Source: Candidatus Faecimonas intestinavium (lineage in GTDB: Bacteria; Bacillota_I; Bacilli_A; RF39; UBA660). From it: a stretch of 55,365 nucleotides of DNA. A model generated the notes under the pieces. The model did not search any database, was not told the DNA's origin, and saw nothing but the letters and a program-made list of their open reading frames with translations. Shown in pieces: positions 1 through 8,410 of the stretch (positions within the stretch are counted from its first letter, which is position 1; each line of letters opens with the position of its first letter). The stretch covers positions 1-55,365 of the forward strand of contig DVKL01000005.1 in assembly GCA_018716045.1 (NCBI GenBank), written 5' to 3'. A program made the translations under genes and the position numbers.

Positions 1-158
1 TTTTTTAAATCTTTTATCATATCAAAACAAGATAAATTGGCTTCTTTTTTCTTTTCTAGATAATAATTATATACTAATCTAGTACAACCAAATGTCTTAT
101 GAATTAATTCTATTTGACTAGTTGTAGGATACATACGAAAACGATAAGATTTATACAT
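1..158 (-). mobile_element. tnpB: IS200/IS605-family TnpB (RNA-guided nuclease) gene, 5' part only; runs off the window edge
   Basis: Manual translation MYKSYRFRMYPTTSQIELIHKTFGCTRLVYNYYLEKKKE matches the HTH_OrfB_IS605 N-terminus (K.Y.FR.YP...Q...I.KTFGC.R.VYN); AGGGGA RBS upstream; not in ORF track. Confidence 0.88.
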
Positions 159-179
159 AACAATCCCCCTATTGATTTA

Positions 180-208
180 AATGTATAATACATTTGTTCG
201 TCAGTCAA
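180..208 (-). promoter_or_regulatory. sigmaA-type promoter of tnpB with an overlapping LexA-box-like site
   Basis: TTGACT(208-203)-17 nt-TACATT(185-180); CGAACAAATGTATT at 200-187. Confidence 0.55.
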
Positions 209-264
209 CTGTTTTCTATTAAATTTTCAAATTTGTATTTTCGAAAAGAAAATTCCTTATAAAC

Positions 265-287
265 AAAAAAAGCACCATTGGTGCCTT
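265..287 (-). terminator. Intrinsic terminator after the 296..529 ORF
   Basis: GGCACC-AAT-GGTGCT stem followed by a T run on the minus strand. Confidence 0.7.
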
Positions 288-295
288 AACAAACT

Positions 296-529
296 TTATT
301 TATCTATATTTTGAAATAATTTTAGTAAAGTTTCCTTCTCAGTAGCATCTGTAACAATATCTAATTCGATTTCATTATCAACAAAACTTTCTTTGGCAAA
401 GAAAACTTCAAGTGGCTTAAAATTACTAACTAAATAATCATAAGTAGCTCCATTCCACTCTTTTTTAGCAAAACAAATATATTCTTTATTATCATCTAAC
501 AAAACTACTTCTCCAACTTGTACTTTCAT
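296..529 (-). CDS. Small acidic hypothetical protein (weak DUF1292-like resemblance)
   Basis: 77-aa ORF with AGGAG RBS, directly downstream of 544..2463, followed by a terminator. Confidence 0.65.
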   Translation of the reverse strand: MKVQVGEVVLLDDNKEYICFAKKEWNGATYDYLVSNFKPLEVFFAKESFVDNEIELDIVTDATEKETLLKLFQNIDK

Positions 530-543
530 ATTAAACTCCTTTT

Positions 544-2463
544 CTATCTTTGAACTCCCTGGGTTTGACCTTTTTCTTGGGAGTGGTTATTCAACATCTG
601 CTCTAATTCACTTCGACTATCAGTTTGCTCTTCTTTTTTTCTATTCAAAGCATAAGTAGCTCCAATACCAGCTGCTCCAACAAACCCTGCTGCCGCTAAA
701 CCTAAAAGATTAGGATCATCCGTCTTTACATCCTCGGTAGATAGTTCTGCTGAATCAATTTGATATGTTAATCCATCATCACCTACAACCTGACTACCAC
801 CATCAAGTAAATCGCCAGCACTATCTGTTAAAGAAATAGAAACTTGATTTCCCTCGGAATCTGTCATAGATACTTCTCCATTAAAATCATGTTCTATGCC
901 AGATATTAGTTCACCTTCAACCAGCTTTACTTCATCAACAACTTTTCTTTGTTGTTCTTCAATTCCTTTTTGAACAGCCTCTTTAACATTAACCCAACCA
1001 GCAATTCTTCCATCCTCTGTAACAGCATGTCCCATAACAGTCAATTCCTCTTTTGGTACACCTAATTGTTGGGCTGTTTGTTCTAACATTTCGGATAAAG
1101 GAACTCCTTTTTGATAGGTAACATTTTGAATTTTTCCACCATGTAAAACAGAAAAATACTCTACCTGATAATCACCCGTTGGACGTAATCCTTCTGGATT
1201 ACCAAATGTATCATGAATATCAGATACTCTATCACTCTCATGAAAGAAAGCTTGGCCTTGTCCCATATAAATTGTATCCCCTGTTTTTAACCCAGCCATT
1301 GTATCTTCAACCAGCTCATCAACAGACTTATAAGTAACTTGTTCTTCCATCTGATGAACAACATAATCTACAACATCCTGTTTTTCTGTTTTAGTAAAAT
1401 GACCAGCTATTCCCATCGCAGCAATAATAGCGGCAGAAACAAGAAGTGGAATAAAATTAAACCACCGTTTCTTCTTTACCTTTTTCGTTGTATTTTTCTT
1501 TACAGTTTCTGGCTCTTTTGTAGGAACCTTAGGTTCTGGGTTAGGTTGAGGTTGAGGAGGCACCGGAGCTGGCACTCTTACAACAGGTTCTGGAGTAACC
1601 GCTGGAATATGAGTATCCGCCGGAACTACAGCAACACCCGTATTATCAGGACCAACAGGCTTAATAACAGTCTCTCCAGGATTTACAGGAATAATAGAAG
1701 TTTCCTCTGGAACTATATGCTCCTTTCCACCAGGTAAATAAATAACCCTGGGTCCCGGTTTTTTATTCTCTTCACCAGGAAGTATAATCTTCGGTACTTC
1801 TTTAGGATCTTCACCAAAAATAACAACATTTTCTGGACCTCGATGAGTTTTTTCTGGAGGAAGTACAAGAGGAGGAACAACGGTTTCTTCTTTCTCCTTT
1901 TTCATATATACATAAGATTCCATAGCTTTTCTAAATTCTTCAACAGTAACATATTCACCAGTAGATAATTTAAAGCCATGATTACCAAGCATAAATAATC
2001 CGCCTTTTTTCCTATCCTTTCCAAGAGCATAAGACATCGTATCTTGATTAGTAACCTTCATAGATGGTCCTTGCAGATGTATTTGTGCTTCCTCTGCCAA
2101 TGCTTTTGCAATAGCATCACTCATCGTAGAAACATCCACACTTTTCCCTGTTTTTTTGCAAACTATTTTTCTCTTTTCCTGATGTTCACTTACATATTGA
2201 GAAACTGCTTCTTTTAATTCCTCTAAGCTAACATATTCTCCATTCGTTAAAGGAATTCCTTCTTTATTATGACCTAACATAATATTACCAGTTCTCATAG
2301 TATTACCGTTAGAATCAGTAACATTAACACTCTTATCTTGTCTGCCAGGTCCCATAGGAGAATCATTTAATTCCAATTTACTAATAGGTCCTAAAACAAC
2401 TTCTATTTGTTCCTCTGTATACCCTAATTTCTTTAATCTTTCATATTCATTTTCACCATTCAT
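544..2463 (-). CDS. Large orphan membrane protein: duplicated N-terminal domain, Pro-rich linker, two hydrophobic segments
   Basis: 644-aa ORF (likely start MNGENEY at 2463); repeat MLG...G..L..GEYV..EE...A...YV occurs twice; TM FIPLLVSAAIIAAMGIAG and a Gly-zipper TM near the C-terminus. Confidence 0.8.
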   Translation of the reverse strand: MNGENEYERLKKLGYTEEQIEVVLGPISKLELNDSPMGPGRQDKSVNVTDSNGNTMRTGNIMLGHNKEGIPLTNGEYVSLEELKEAVSQYVSEHQEKRKIVCKKTGKSVDVSTMSDAIAKALAEEAQIHLQGPSMKVTNQDTMSYALGKDRKKGGLFMLGNHGFKLSTGEYVTVEEFRKAMESYVYMKKEKEETVVPPLVLPPEKTHRGPENVVIFGEDPKEVPKIILPGEENKKPGPRVIYLPGGKEHIVPEETSIIPVNPGETVIKPVGPDNTGVAVVPADTHIPAVTPEPVVRVPAPVPPQPQPNPEPKVPTKEPETVKKNTTKKVKKKRWFNFIPLLVSAAIIAAMGIAGHFTKTEKQDVVDYVVHQMEEQVTYKSVDELVEDTMAGLKTGDTIYMGQGQAFFHESDRVSDIHDTFGNPEGLRPTGDYQVEYFSVLHGGKIQNVTYQKGVPLSEMLEQTAQQLGVPKEELTVMGHAVTEDGRIAGWVNVKEAVQKGIEEQQRKVVDEVKLVEGELISGIEHDFNGEVSMTDSEGNQVSISLTDSAGDLLDGGSQVVGDDGLTYQIDSAELSTEDVKTDDPNLLGLAAAGFVGAAGIGATYALNRKKEEQTDSRSELEQMLNNHSQEKGQTQGVQR

Positions 2464-2482
2464 AATCGACACCCACAACTTT

Positions 2483-3709
2483 CTACTTTCTTATCTTATG
2501 AATAAATTTCATTAAATAATAGTGCCAGGTAATAGGAAGTTCAAACTCACCAATTAACTCCTCAACAATACCATTAAAACCACGTTTAAATTCATAGATT
2601 CCATAATCTTTTGGATGTTCATTAATATTCGCTGGAATCCCATAGAAGTTATGCTTTTTAAATCCATGTTCTATGCCATACTGTATCATCATCCACTGCA
2701 ATAAATACTGAGAATTAAACTTCATAAACTCTTCATAATTACCACTAGATAAGTAAATAATCTCAGGTTGTATTATCATAAACATCGACCCAGATAAAGT
2801 AATAACATTCGTATTTTTCTCTGTCCTAATATCTTCTGCATCCTTAATTCTCTTCTCATAAGAAGCAATTTCATTCTCTAAGTTTTTCTTTTGACCTTCA
2901 TTATATTTTGCATTACTAAGCTTAGATAACTTATCTTCTGCTGACTTTTTATCTTCCTCCAATTTTTTCTGATACTTTACTAAATCTAACTCTGTAACAT
3001 AATACTTAACTTCACCTTTGTCATGAAAAAGTTCATACATCTTTTGATAATAATCTACACTACGAATAGAAAAATTCTTTCTCTCTCCTGTCTCCACCAT
3101 AATATTTTGAAATCGATCCAATTCATCATATCCTAATTCTTTCACAGTAATACCAATTTTTTCAGTCTTACGAATCGTATTTCTTGTATTAGGTTTCATC
3201 TCTTTTAATATTTGCTCGCAACTCTTTCCTTCCAAAGGTAAAGAAAACATCCAACCAACTTGTTCCATATCTGGAATACTTACTTTCTTAAATCCTAAAC
3301 TTTCTAAATGAGAAACAACAGTACTATGATTTACACCATCTTCTACTATATTACCATCAATATCTCTTTCCTTATATATAACATAGGGATCCATTCTAAA
3401 AATATATCCTTGATGTTTTTTTACAAATTCCTTTATTTCATCTAAAAAATAATGTAATAAATCTTCATTTTCATAATCAACAAGTACTCCTCTAGGAGAA
3501 TAAAATTCATATTTACCGAAATGACGTTTATGAGAAACAAGCATCGCTGCAGCAATTAATTTCTTTTTATCTTCTACTCCAACAAAGTAAACATCCCAAC
3601 CATTACTTTTTCGTAAACTACCAATTTCTGGTGCAGATAAAAATGTTTTTAATGGATGATTTTCCCAAAAAGCACGATATTTTTCTTCTGTAATTTCTAT
3701 AAATTGCAT
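2483..3709 (-). CDS. FemAB/MurMN-family peptidoglycan interpeptide-bridge aminoacyltransferase
   Basis: FYSPRG, FRMDPY...RDIDG, coiled-coil insert, NFYGI...YGIYEFKRGFNG...ELIGEF motifs. Confidence 0.9.
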   Translation of the reverse strand: MQFIEITEEKYRAFWENHPLKTFLSAPEIGSLRKSNGWDVYFVGVEDKKKLIAAAMLVSHKRHFGKYEFYSPRGVLVDYENEDLLHYFLDEIKEFVKKHQGYIFRMDPYVIYKERDIDGNIVEDGVNHSTVVSHLESLGFKKVSIPDMEQVGWMFSLPLEGKSCEQILKEMKPNTRNTIRKTEKIGITVKELGYDELDRFQNIMVETGERKNFSIRSVDYYQKMYELFHDKGEVKYYVTELDLVKYQKKLEEDKKSAEDKLSKLSNAKYNEGQKKNLENEIASYEKRIKDAEDIRTEKNTNVITLSGSMFMIIQPEIIYLSSGNYEEFMKFNSQYLLQWMMIQYGIEHGFKKHNFYGIPANINEHPKDYGIYEFKRGFNGIVEELIGEFELPITWHYYLMKFIHKIRK

Positions 3710-3761
3710 ACAATCACCTTCTTTATTAGTATATATGAAAAACTACTAATTATCAAATATC

Positions 3762-4484
3762 CTACTTACGAACAGAAAATAATTTCTTTCGTTTACCATA
3801 ATAAACGTCTTCTACTTTCCGATAAACCACTTTATCCTGATCAAGAATCGTAAGAATAAACATTAAAACAACAATAATAAGAATAACTATGACTAAAAAA
3901 AGGGCAAAACTGAATTTTTCTTGTCTCGGAAGTGTAGTATCTAAATAACTATTTGTTAAATAAGTATTAAAATTATCATTAGTAATAACAACTTCATTTT
4001 CTGCAGGTACAAAATTAGTAATATTTTGAATTGCTAACTGTTTCAACTCATCATCTATAACAACTGGATAACCATAAACTTTCACTGGTTCAGGAACTTC
4101 AGTCGTTCTCTCATAAGTATAATCTATAATATCTTTATATTTAGAGTAATCATCTTCATCGATTGCTACCAAATAAGTATGCCACTGTCCAGTATCTTCT
4201 TCCTCAATAACAAAGTGAATCTCTTTCTTTGAATTTTCATAATAAGCAAATTTTTCACTCATCTTAGAAATAGTAATATAGGTATAATCCTCTACACTCT
4301 CCGCTTCACTCCAAGGCAGAACTTTTTCTTTTTCGTGATACAACTGATAAATGCAAACAACTAATATTGTAATAACTATCAAATAAATAAGACAAATAAA
4401 TGTCTTAAAAACAAGTCTTTTTTCATGGTGTTTTTCATGAATCGGATGATTTGAATTTTTCTTAACATTAAATATCTTCGTCAT
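3762..4484 (-). CDS. Hypothetical membrane protein with two TM helices flanking an extracellular domain
   Basis: Long ORF; start MTKIF chosen from the RBS; N- and C-terminal hydrophobic helices. Confidence 0.75.
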   Translation of the reverse strand: MTKIFNVKKNSNHPIHEKHHEKRLVFKTFICLIYLIVITILVVCIYQLYHEKEKVLPWSEAESVEDYTYITISKMSEKFAYYENSKKEIHFVIEEEDTGQWHTYLVAIDEDDYSKYKDIIDYTYERTTEVPEPVKVYGYPVVIDDELKQLAIQNITNFVPAENEVVITNDNFNTYLTNSYLDTTLPRQEKFSFALFLVIVILIIVVLMFILTILDQDKVVYRKVEDVYYGKRKKLFSVRK

Positions 4485-4544
4485 ATACTTCCCTCTATTA
4501 TATAATAACATAAAAAAATAGAATTAAATAATAAAAAAGACTAT

Positions 4545-5096
4545 TTAAATAAATAAATAGTCTGGCTTTTGATAAGTCTCATTATAATCCTTATCTTTCA
4601 TATACTTATCTACAAGAACAACTTGTTCTGCTTCTAAACTTTTAGGAACATCAATAATACGTTGATTTCTAGATCCTCTAAAATAAATATCATAGCTTTT
4701 CTCTTCTTGAAGAAATTTTCCATCTACCAAAACATCCACTTGATCAAGTAAACGTCTCATCTTTGGATTAAGTAACATTTGTTCATAGGTAAATCCCGTA
4801 TAACACCACACATTAAGTCCCATCTCATGTGCGGCTTTACTAATTTCATAGCAAGCATCAGCTTGACAAACTGGATCTCCTCCAGAAAGAGTAATACCGT
4901 CTTGATTTTTAAGTTTTTTTAACTCATTGATTACATCTTCTACTTCAATCAAAGCACCACCATCAAAATCCCAAGTACTAGCATTATGACAACCAGGGCA
5001 ATGATGTGGACATCCTTGTGTCCAAACAACCGTTCTTACTCCTTCTCCATCCACAATAGAGTCAGGCTGCAAATAAGCAGCCAACCTGATTTTCAT
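4545..5096 (-). CDS. nrdG: Anaerobic RNR activating enzyme (radical SAM), copy 1
   Basis: DSIVDGEGVR, QGCPHHCPGCHN (CxxxCxxC), GITLSGGDP, FRGSRNQR. Confidence 0.95.
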   Translation of the reverse strand: MKIRLAAYLQPDSIVDGEGVRTVVWTQGCPHHCPGCHNASTWDFDGGALIEVEDVINELKKLKNQDGITLSGGDPVCQADACYEISKAAHEMGLNVWCYTGFTYEQMLLNPKMRRLLDQVDVLVDGKFLQEEKSYDIYFRGSRNQRIIDVPKSLEAEQVVLVDKYMKDKDYNETYQKPDYLFI

Positions 5097-5100
5097 TTTT

Positions 5101-5262
5101 TTACTTATCCTCTTTCATAATTTCTTTTAATCCAGTATGTTTTACACGATCTCTTTCTTCAGCACGTTTACCATTATTAAATCTAGAAACATCACCTGCT
5201 AAATAACCTGTAACTCGTCTAATTCTTTCAAATTTTTGTCCTTCACCAATAATTTTTTCCAT
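5101..5262 (-). CDS. Stand-alone class III RNR glycyl-radical domain (53 aa)
   Basis: Manual translation MEKIIGEGQKFERIRRVTGYLAGDVSRFNNGKRAEERDRVKHTGLKEIMKEDK; RVTGYL radical loop and FN.GK..E..DRVKH tail; AGAGGAG RBS; below the ORF-track cutoff. Confidence 0.92.
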   Translation of the reverse strand: MEKIIGEGQKFERIRRVTGYLAGDVSRFNNGKRAEERDRVKHTGLKEIMKEDK

Positions 5263-5301
5263 AATAATTCTCCTCTTTTCTTTATTTATTATATATATAA
5301 A

Positions 5302-7623
5302 CTATTCACAACAACCTGTATCGATAGATGTAATCTTTTCCATTGGAACCCCTTCAAATTCATGACGTCCACATTTAGGGCATACATCATTAATAACTCC
5401 AACATAACCGCATACTGGATCACGATCTACTGGATGATTAACTGCACCATAGCCAAGTCCAGCTTCTTTCATAGCACGTACAACACTTTCAAATGCTTCA
5501 ACATTAGAAGCAGTATCTCCATCTAATTCAACATAAGAAATATGTCCACCGTTAGTTAATTCATGATATGGAGCTTCTTTTGCTAATTTATCATGAATAC
5601 TAATATGATAATAAACTGGAACATGGAATGAATTTGTGTAGTATTCTCTATCAGTAACACCTTTAATCTTTCCGTAGATTGCTCTATCAATAGAAGTAAA
5701 TCTACCAGCCAAACCTTCTGCAGGAGTAGCAAGGCAAGTAAAGTTCAAGTTATATTTCTTAGAGTTTTCATCACAACGTTTACGCATAAACTCAATAATT
5801 TCTAACCCTAACTTTTGACTTTCTTCACTTTCACCATGATGTTTACCAGTAAGTGCTTTCAAACATTCAGCAAGACCAATAAATCCGGTTGATAAAGTTC
5901 CATGTTTCCAAACTTTTCTAAGACGATCCGTTGGTTTCAATTTTTCACCATTTGTCCAAACCCCTTGTCCAAGTAAGAATGGGAAATTATAATTATGTTT
6001 ACTGCATTGAACTTCAAAACGTTCAAGTAATTGATCTCTTACCATATCCATAATCTCCCCAAGTTCTTGATAAAATCCTTTCATATCTGCTTTATCTCTT
6101 TCTTTCAAAGCAATACCATATTTAATTCCAAGTCTTGGTAAATTAATAGTCGTAAATGATAAGTTTCCACGTCCTGTAACAACCTCATTATCTGGAGAAG
6201 TAACATCTCCAATAACTCTAGTACGACATCCCATATAAGCAATTTCTGTATTAAAGTCCCCTTCTTTATAATATTTCTTGTTAAAAGGAGCATCAATAAA
6301 TGCAAAGTTAGGGAAAAGTCTTTTTGCAGAAACTTTGCAAGCTAACTTAAACAAATCATAATTAGGATCTTCCTTATTATAATTAACTCCTTCTTTTACT
6401 TTGAAAATTGATACTGGGAAAATTGGTGTCTCACCCTTTCCAAGTCCACGATCTTCAGAAAGTAAGAAGTTTCTGATTACCATTCTTCCTTCTGGAGTAG
6501 TATCCGTTCCAAAGTTAACAGATGAAAATGGTACTTGTGCACCGGCTCTAGAATGCATTGTATTTAAATTATGAATAAACGCTTCCATTGCTTGTTGTGT
6601 TGCACGTTCAGTCTTTTGTAAAGCCTTCTCATAACTTTTTTCGAAAATTTCATGAATCCTGCTTGATCCTTTTTGATAATCACTAAAATCTTCTACGTTA
6701 AGTTCAATAGATTCTGATTTATCAATTTCACGAATAATTCTATCAATATTAATCACAGGAATAAATCCTTCTAAATCTAGAAAATCATAAATTGTTTGCT
6801 TAAACTGTTTTTTAAATGTCTTTAACACACCAGGTGCTAAATAATAATCAAGCGCCGGAATTGCTTGGCCTCCATGTTGATCATTTTGATTAGCTTGGAC
6901 TGCGATACAAGCTAAAGAAGCATAAGTTGAAATATCTTGAGGTGGTCGAATATATCCGTGACCAGTATCAAATCCATTTTTAAATAATTTTGATAAATCG
7001 ATTTGACAACAAGTAGTAGTTCCCATAGCTAAGAAATCCATATCATGAATATGAATAGTTCCATTATCATGTGCTTCTGCATATTCTTTTTTCATTAAAT
7101 AAGCTTTTGCAAACTCTTTAGAAACTGTTCCACCATACTGTAACATTGTTCCCATTGGGCTATTACCATCAATATTAGCATTTTCTCTTTTAGCATCTTC
7201 ATCATTAGCAGATTTTAATCCTAAATTTTCTAATGATTTTAAAAACTTATGTGTTTTATTATCTCCAAAGAAACTTTCTCTTGACTGATTTCTTCTTTCT
7301 CTATATTCAGAAAAAGATTTATAAACATCATCATAACCCTTACTAGAAAGTTCTCCTTCGATATAATCTTGAATTTCTTCTATTTTAAATTTTTTATTTT
7401 TTTCTTCTGCGTCTTTTTCAATTTTCTTTAAAACTGCTTGATAAACTTTTTGAATATCTTGAGAAGTATACTTTCTTTCCTTCTCATCTTCTTCAGTATC
7501 TACTTCAACACTATCAAACCCCTTTTTGATAGCCAAAGCAATTTTTGCTCCATCAAAAGGAACTTTTTTACCATTTCTCTTTACTACAATTAGTTCCTCT
7601 AAAACGTCAGTTACCTCTGCCAT
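5302..7623 (-). CDS. nrdD: Class III RNR catalytic subunit, copy 1, lacking the C-terminal glycyl-radical domain
   Basis: ATP cone (VKRNG..VPFD), ENAN, IHIHDMD, TTTCCQ, YMGCRT, RGNLSFTTINLPR, ATPAEG, YYTNSFH, DPVC/CPKC Zn site; ends DTGCCE with no RxxGY. Confidence 0.95.
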   Translation of the reverse strand: MAEVTDVLEELIVVKRNGKKVPFDGAKIALAIKKGFDSVEVDTEEDEKERKYTSQDIQKVYQAVLKKIEKDAEEKNKKFKIEEIQDYIEGELSSKGYDDVYKSFSEYRERRNQSRESFFGDNKTHKFLKSLENLGLKSANDEDAKRENANIDGNSPMGTMLQYGGTVSKEFAKAYLMKKEYAEAHDNGTIHIHDMDFLAMGTTTCCQIDLSKLFKNGFDTGHGYIRPPQDISTYASLACIAVQANQNDQHGGQAIPALDYYLAPGVLKTFKKQFKQTIYDFLDLEGFIPVINIDRIIREIDKSESIELNVEDFSDYQKGSSRIHEIFEKSYEKALQKTERATQQAMEAFIHNLNTMHSRAGAQVPFSSVNFGTDTTPEGRMVIRNFLLSEDRGLGKGETPIFPVSIFKVKEGVNYNKEDPNYDLFKLACKVSAKRLFPNFAFIDAPFNKKYYKEGDFNTEIAYMGCRTRVIGDVTSPDNEVVTGRGNLSFTTINLPRLGIKYGIALKERDKADMKGFYQELGEIMDMVRDQLLERFEVQCSKHNYNFPFLLGQGVWTNGEKLKPTDRLRKVWKHGTLSTGFIGLAECLKALTGKHHGESEESQKLGLEIIEFMRKRCDENSKKYNLNFTCLATPAEGLAGRFTSIDRAIYGKIKGVTDREYYTNSFHVPVYYHISIHDKLAKEAPYHELTNGGHISYVELDGDTASNVEAFESVVRAMKEAGLGYGAVNHPVDRDPVCGYVGVINDVCPKCGRHEFEGVPMEKITSIDTGCCE

Positions 7624-7656
7624 TTTTTACCTCCCACATCTTTCTTTCATAAGTCC

Positions 7657-7685
7657 ATTGTAAGTAACAAAAATTCAAAAATCAA
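7657..7685 (-). promoter_or_regulatory. sigmaA-type promoter of nrdD copy 1
   Basis: TTGATT-17 nt-TACAAT upstream of a GGGAGG RBS. Confidence 0.6.
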
Positions 7686-7859
7686 TAGACAAAAATTAGA
7701 AATTTTACCCTCTTTTTCTAAAACTATTGATATATATAGATTTCCTCAAAAAACTTTTTTTGTTCGATTTACGACAATTTACAAAAGGTAGACATTTTTC
7801 AAAATAAAGAAAAATCGTTTTTTTTATTTTTTGAATTTTTTCTGTATTTATATTTATAT

Positions 7860-7879
7860 TTTGTTGATTTTTCAACAAA
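7860..7879. promoter_or_regulatory. Palindromic operator-like site upstream of nrdD copy 1
   Basis: TTTGTTGA-TTTT-TCAACAAA; same geometry as the 11138-11161 palindrome. Confidence 0.45.
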
Positions 7880-7955
7880 TATTAAGGTTATAAAAAAGGC
7901 TTTTTACGTTTTTTAAAAAAATCACTTTTGCTACTTCTTTGATTTTTTGCAATTT

Positions 7956-8408
7956 TTAATCAGTAGACCCAAAGCCACCAAGACGCTCTCCAGATGCATT
8001 ATCATCATCGGTAATTAAAAATTTTTGGAAAATAAGTTGTCCAATAACATCACCCTTTTTTACCTCAATATCATGATCACTACAATTAAAATAAGCAAAG
8101 TAAAAATGACCATCATTATCAGGATTACCATAATAATCAGAATCAATCAATCCAACACTATTAGCCATCAAAAACCCTTTTTTAGGTCCACTACTGCGAT
8201 TAAGCAATAAATAGCATTCATCTTCTCCACAATAAGCTTTTAATCCAGTAGGAATTAACGTTGGCTTAATACCAGGATAATATTTTGGAATAACAACATC
8301 TTCAGCAGCCTCTATATCATACCCTGCTGAATGTTGTGTCTTTCTCACTGGAATATGTATATCCTTATCCTCATAACCTTTTACTATTTCAAAACCTCTT
8401 TGTCTCAT
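7956..8408 (-). CDS. dut: Trimeric dUTPase
   Basis: SAGYDI, PTGLKA, RSS, NSVGLIDSDYY, RLGGFGST motifs. Confidence 0.95.
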   Translation of the reverse strand: MRQRGFEIVKGYEDKDIHIPVRKTQHSAGYDIEAAEDVVIPKYYPGIKPTLIPTGLKAYCGEDECYLLLNRSSGPKKGFLMANSVGLIDSDYYGNPDNDGHFYFAYFNCSDHDIEVKKGDVIGQLIFQKFLITDDDNASGERLGGFGSTD

Positions 8409-8410
8409 AA

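Noticed and set aside
210-264. IS left-end hairpin upstream of tnpB (TTTTCGAAAA)
   Set aside because: Too short and AT-rich to support without the other end or an empty-site comparison
5302-5304. Genome-wide TAG recoding
   Set aside because: TAG terminates conserved genes at their expected ends (for example nrdD2, rpe, rseP); TGA is also used as a stop
5302-7623. nrdD1 as a truncated pseudogene
   Set aside because: All catalytic motifs are intact, the missing domain is present next door with its own RBS, and the cognate nrdG is intact
7624-7955. NrdR boxes or a riboswitch in the long nrdD1 upstream region
   Set aside because: Only weak AT-rich matches (ACAAAATATAAAT), no tandem pair, and no recognisable riboswitch motif; the imperfect hairpin at 7681-7731 is unassigned
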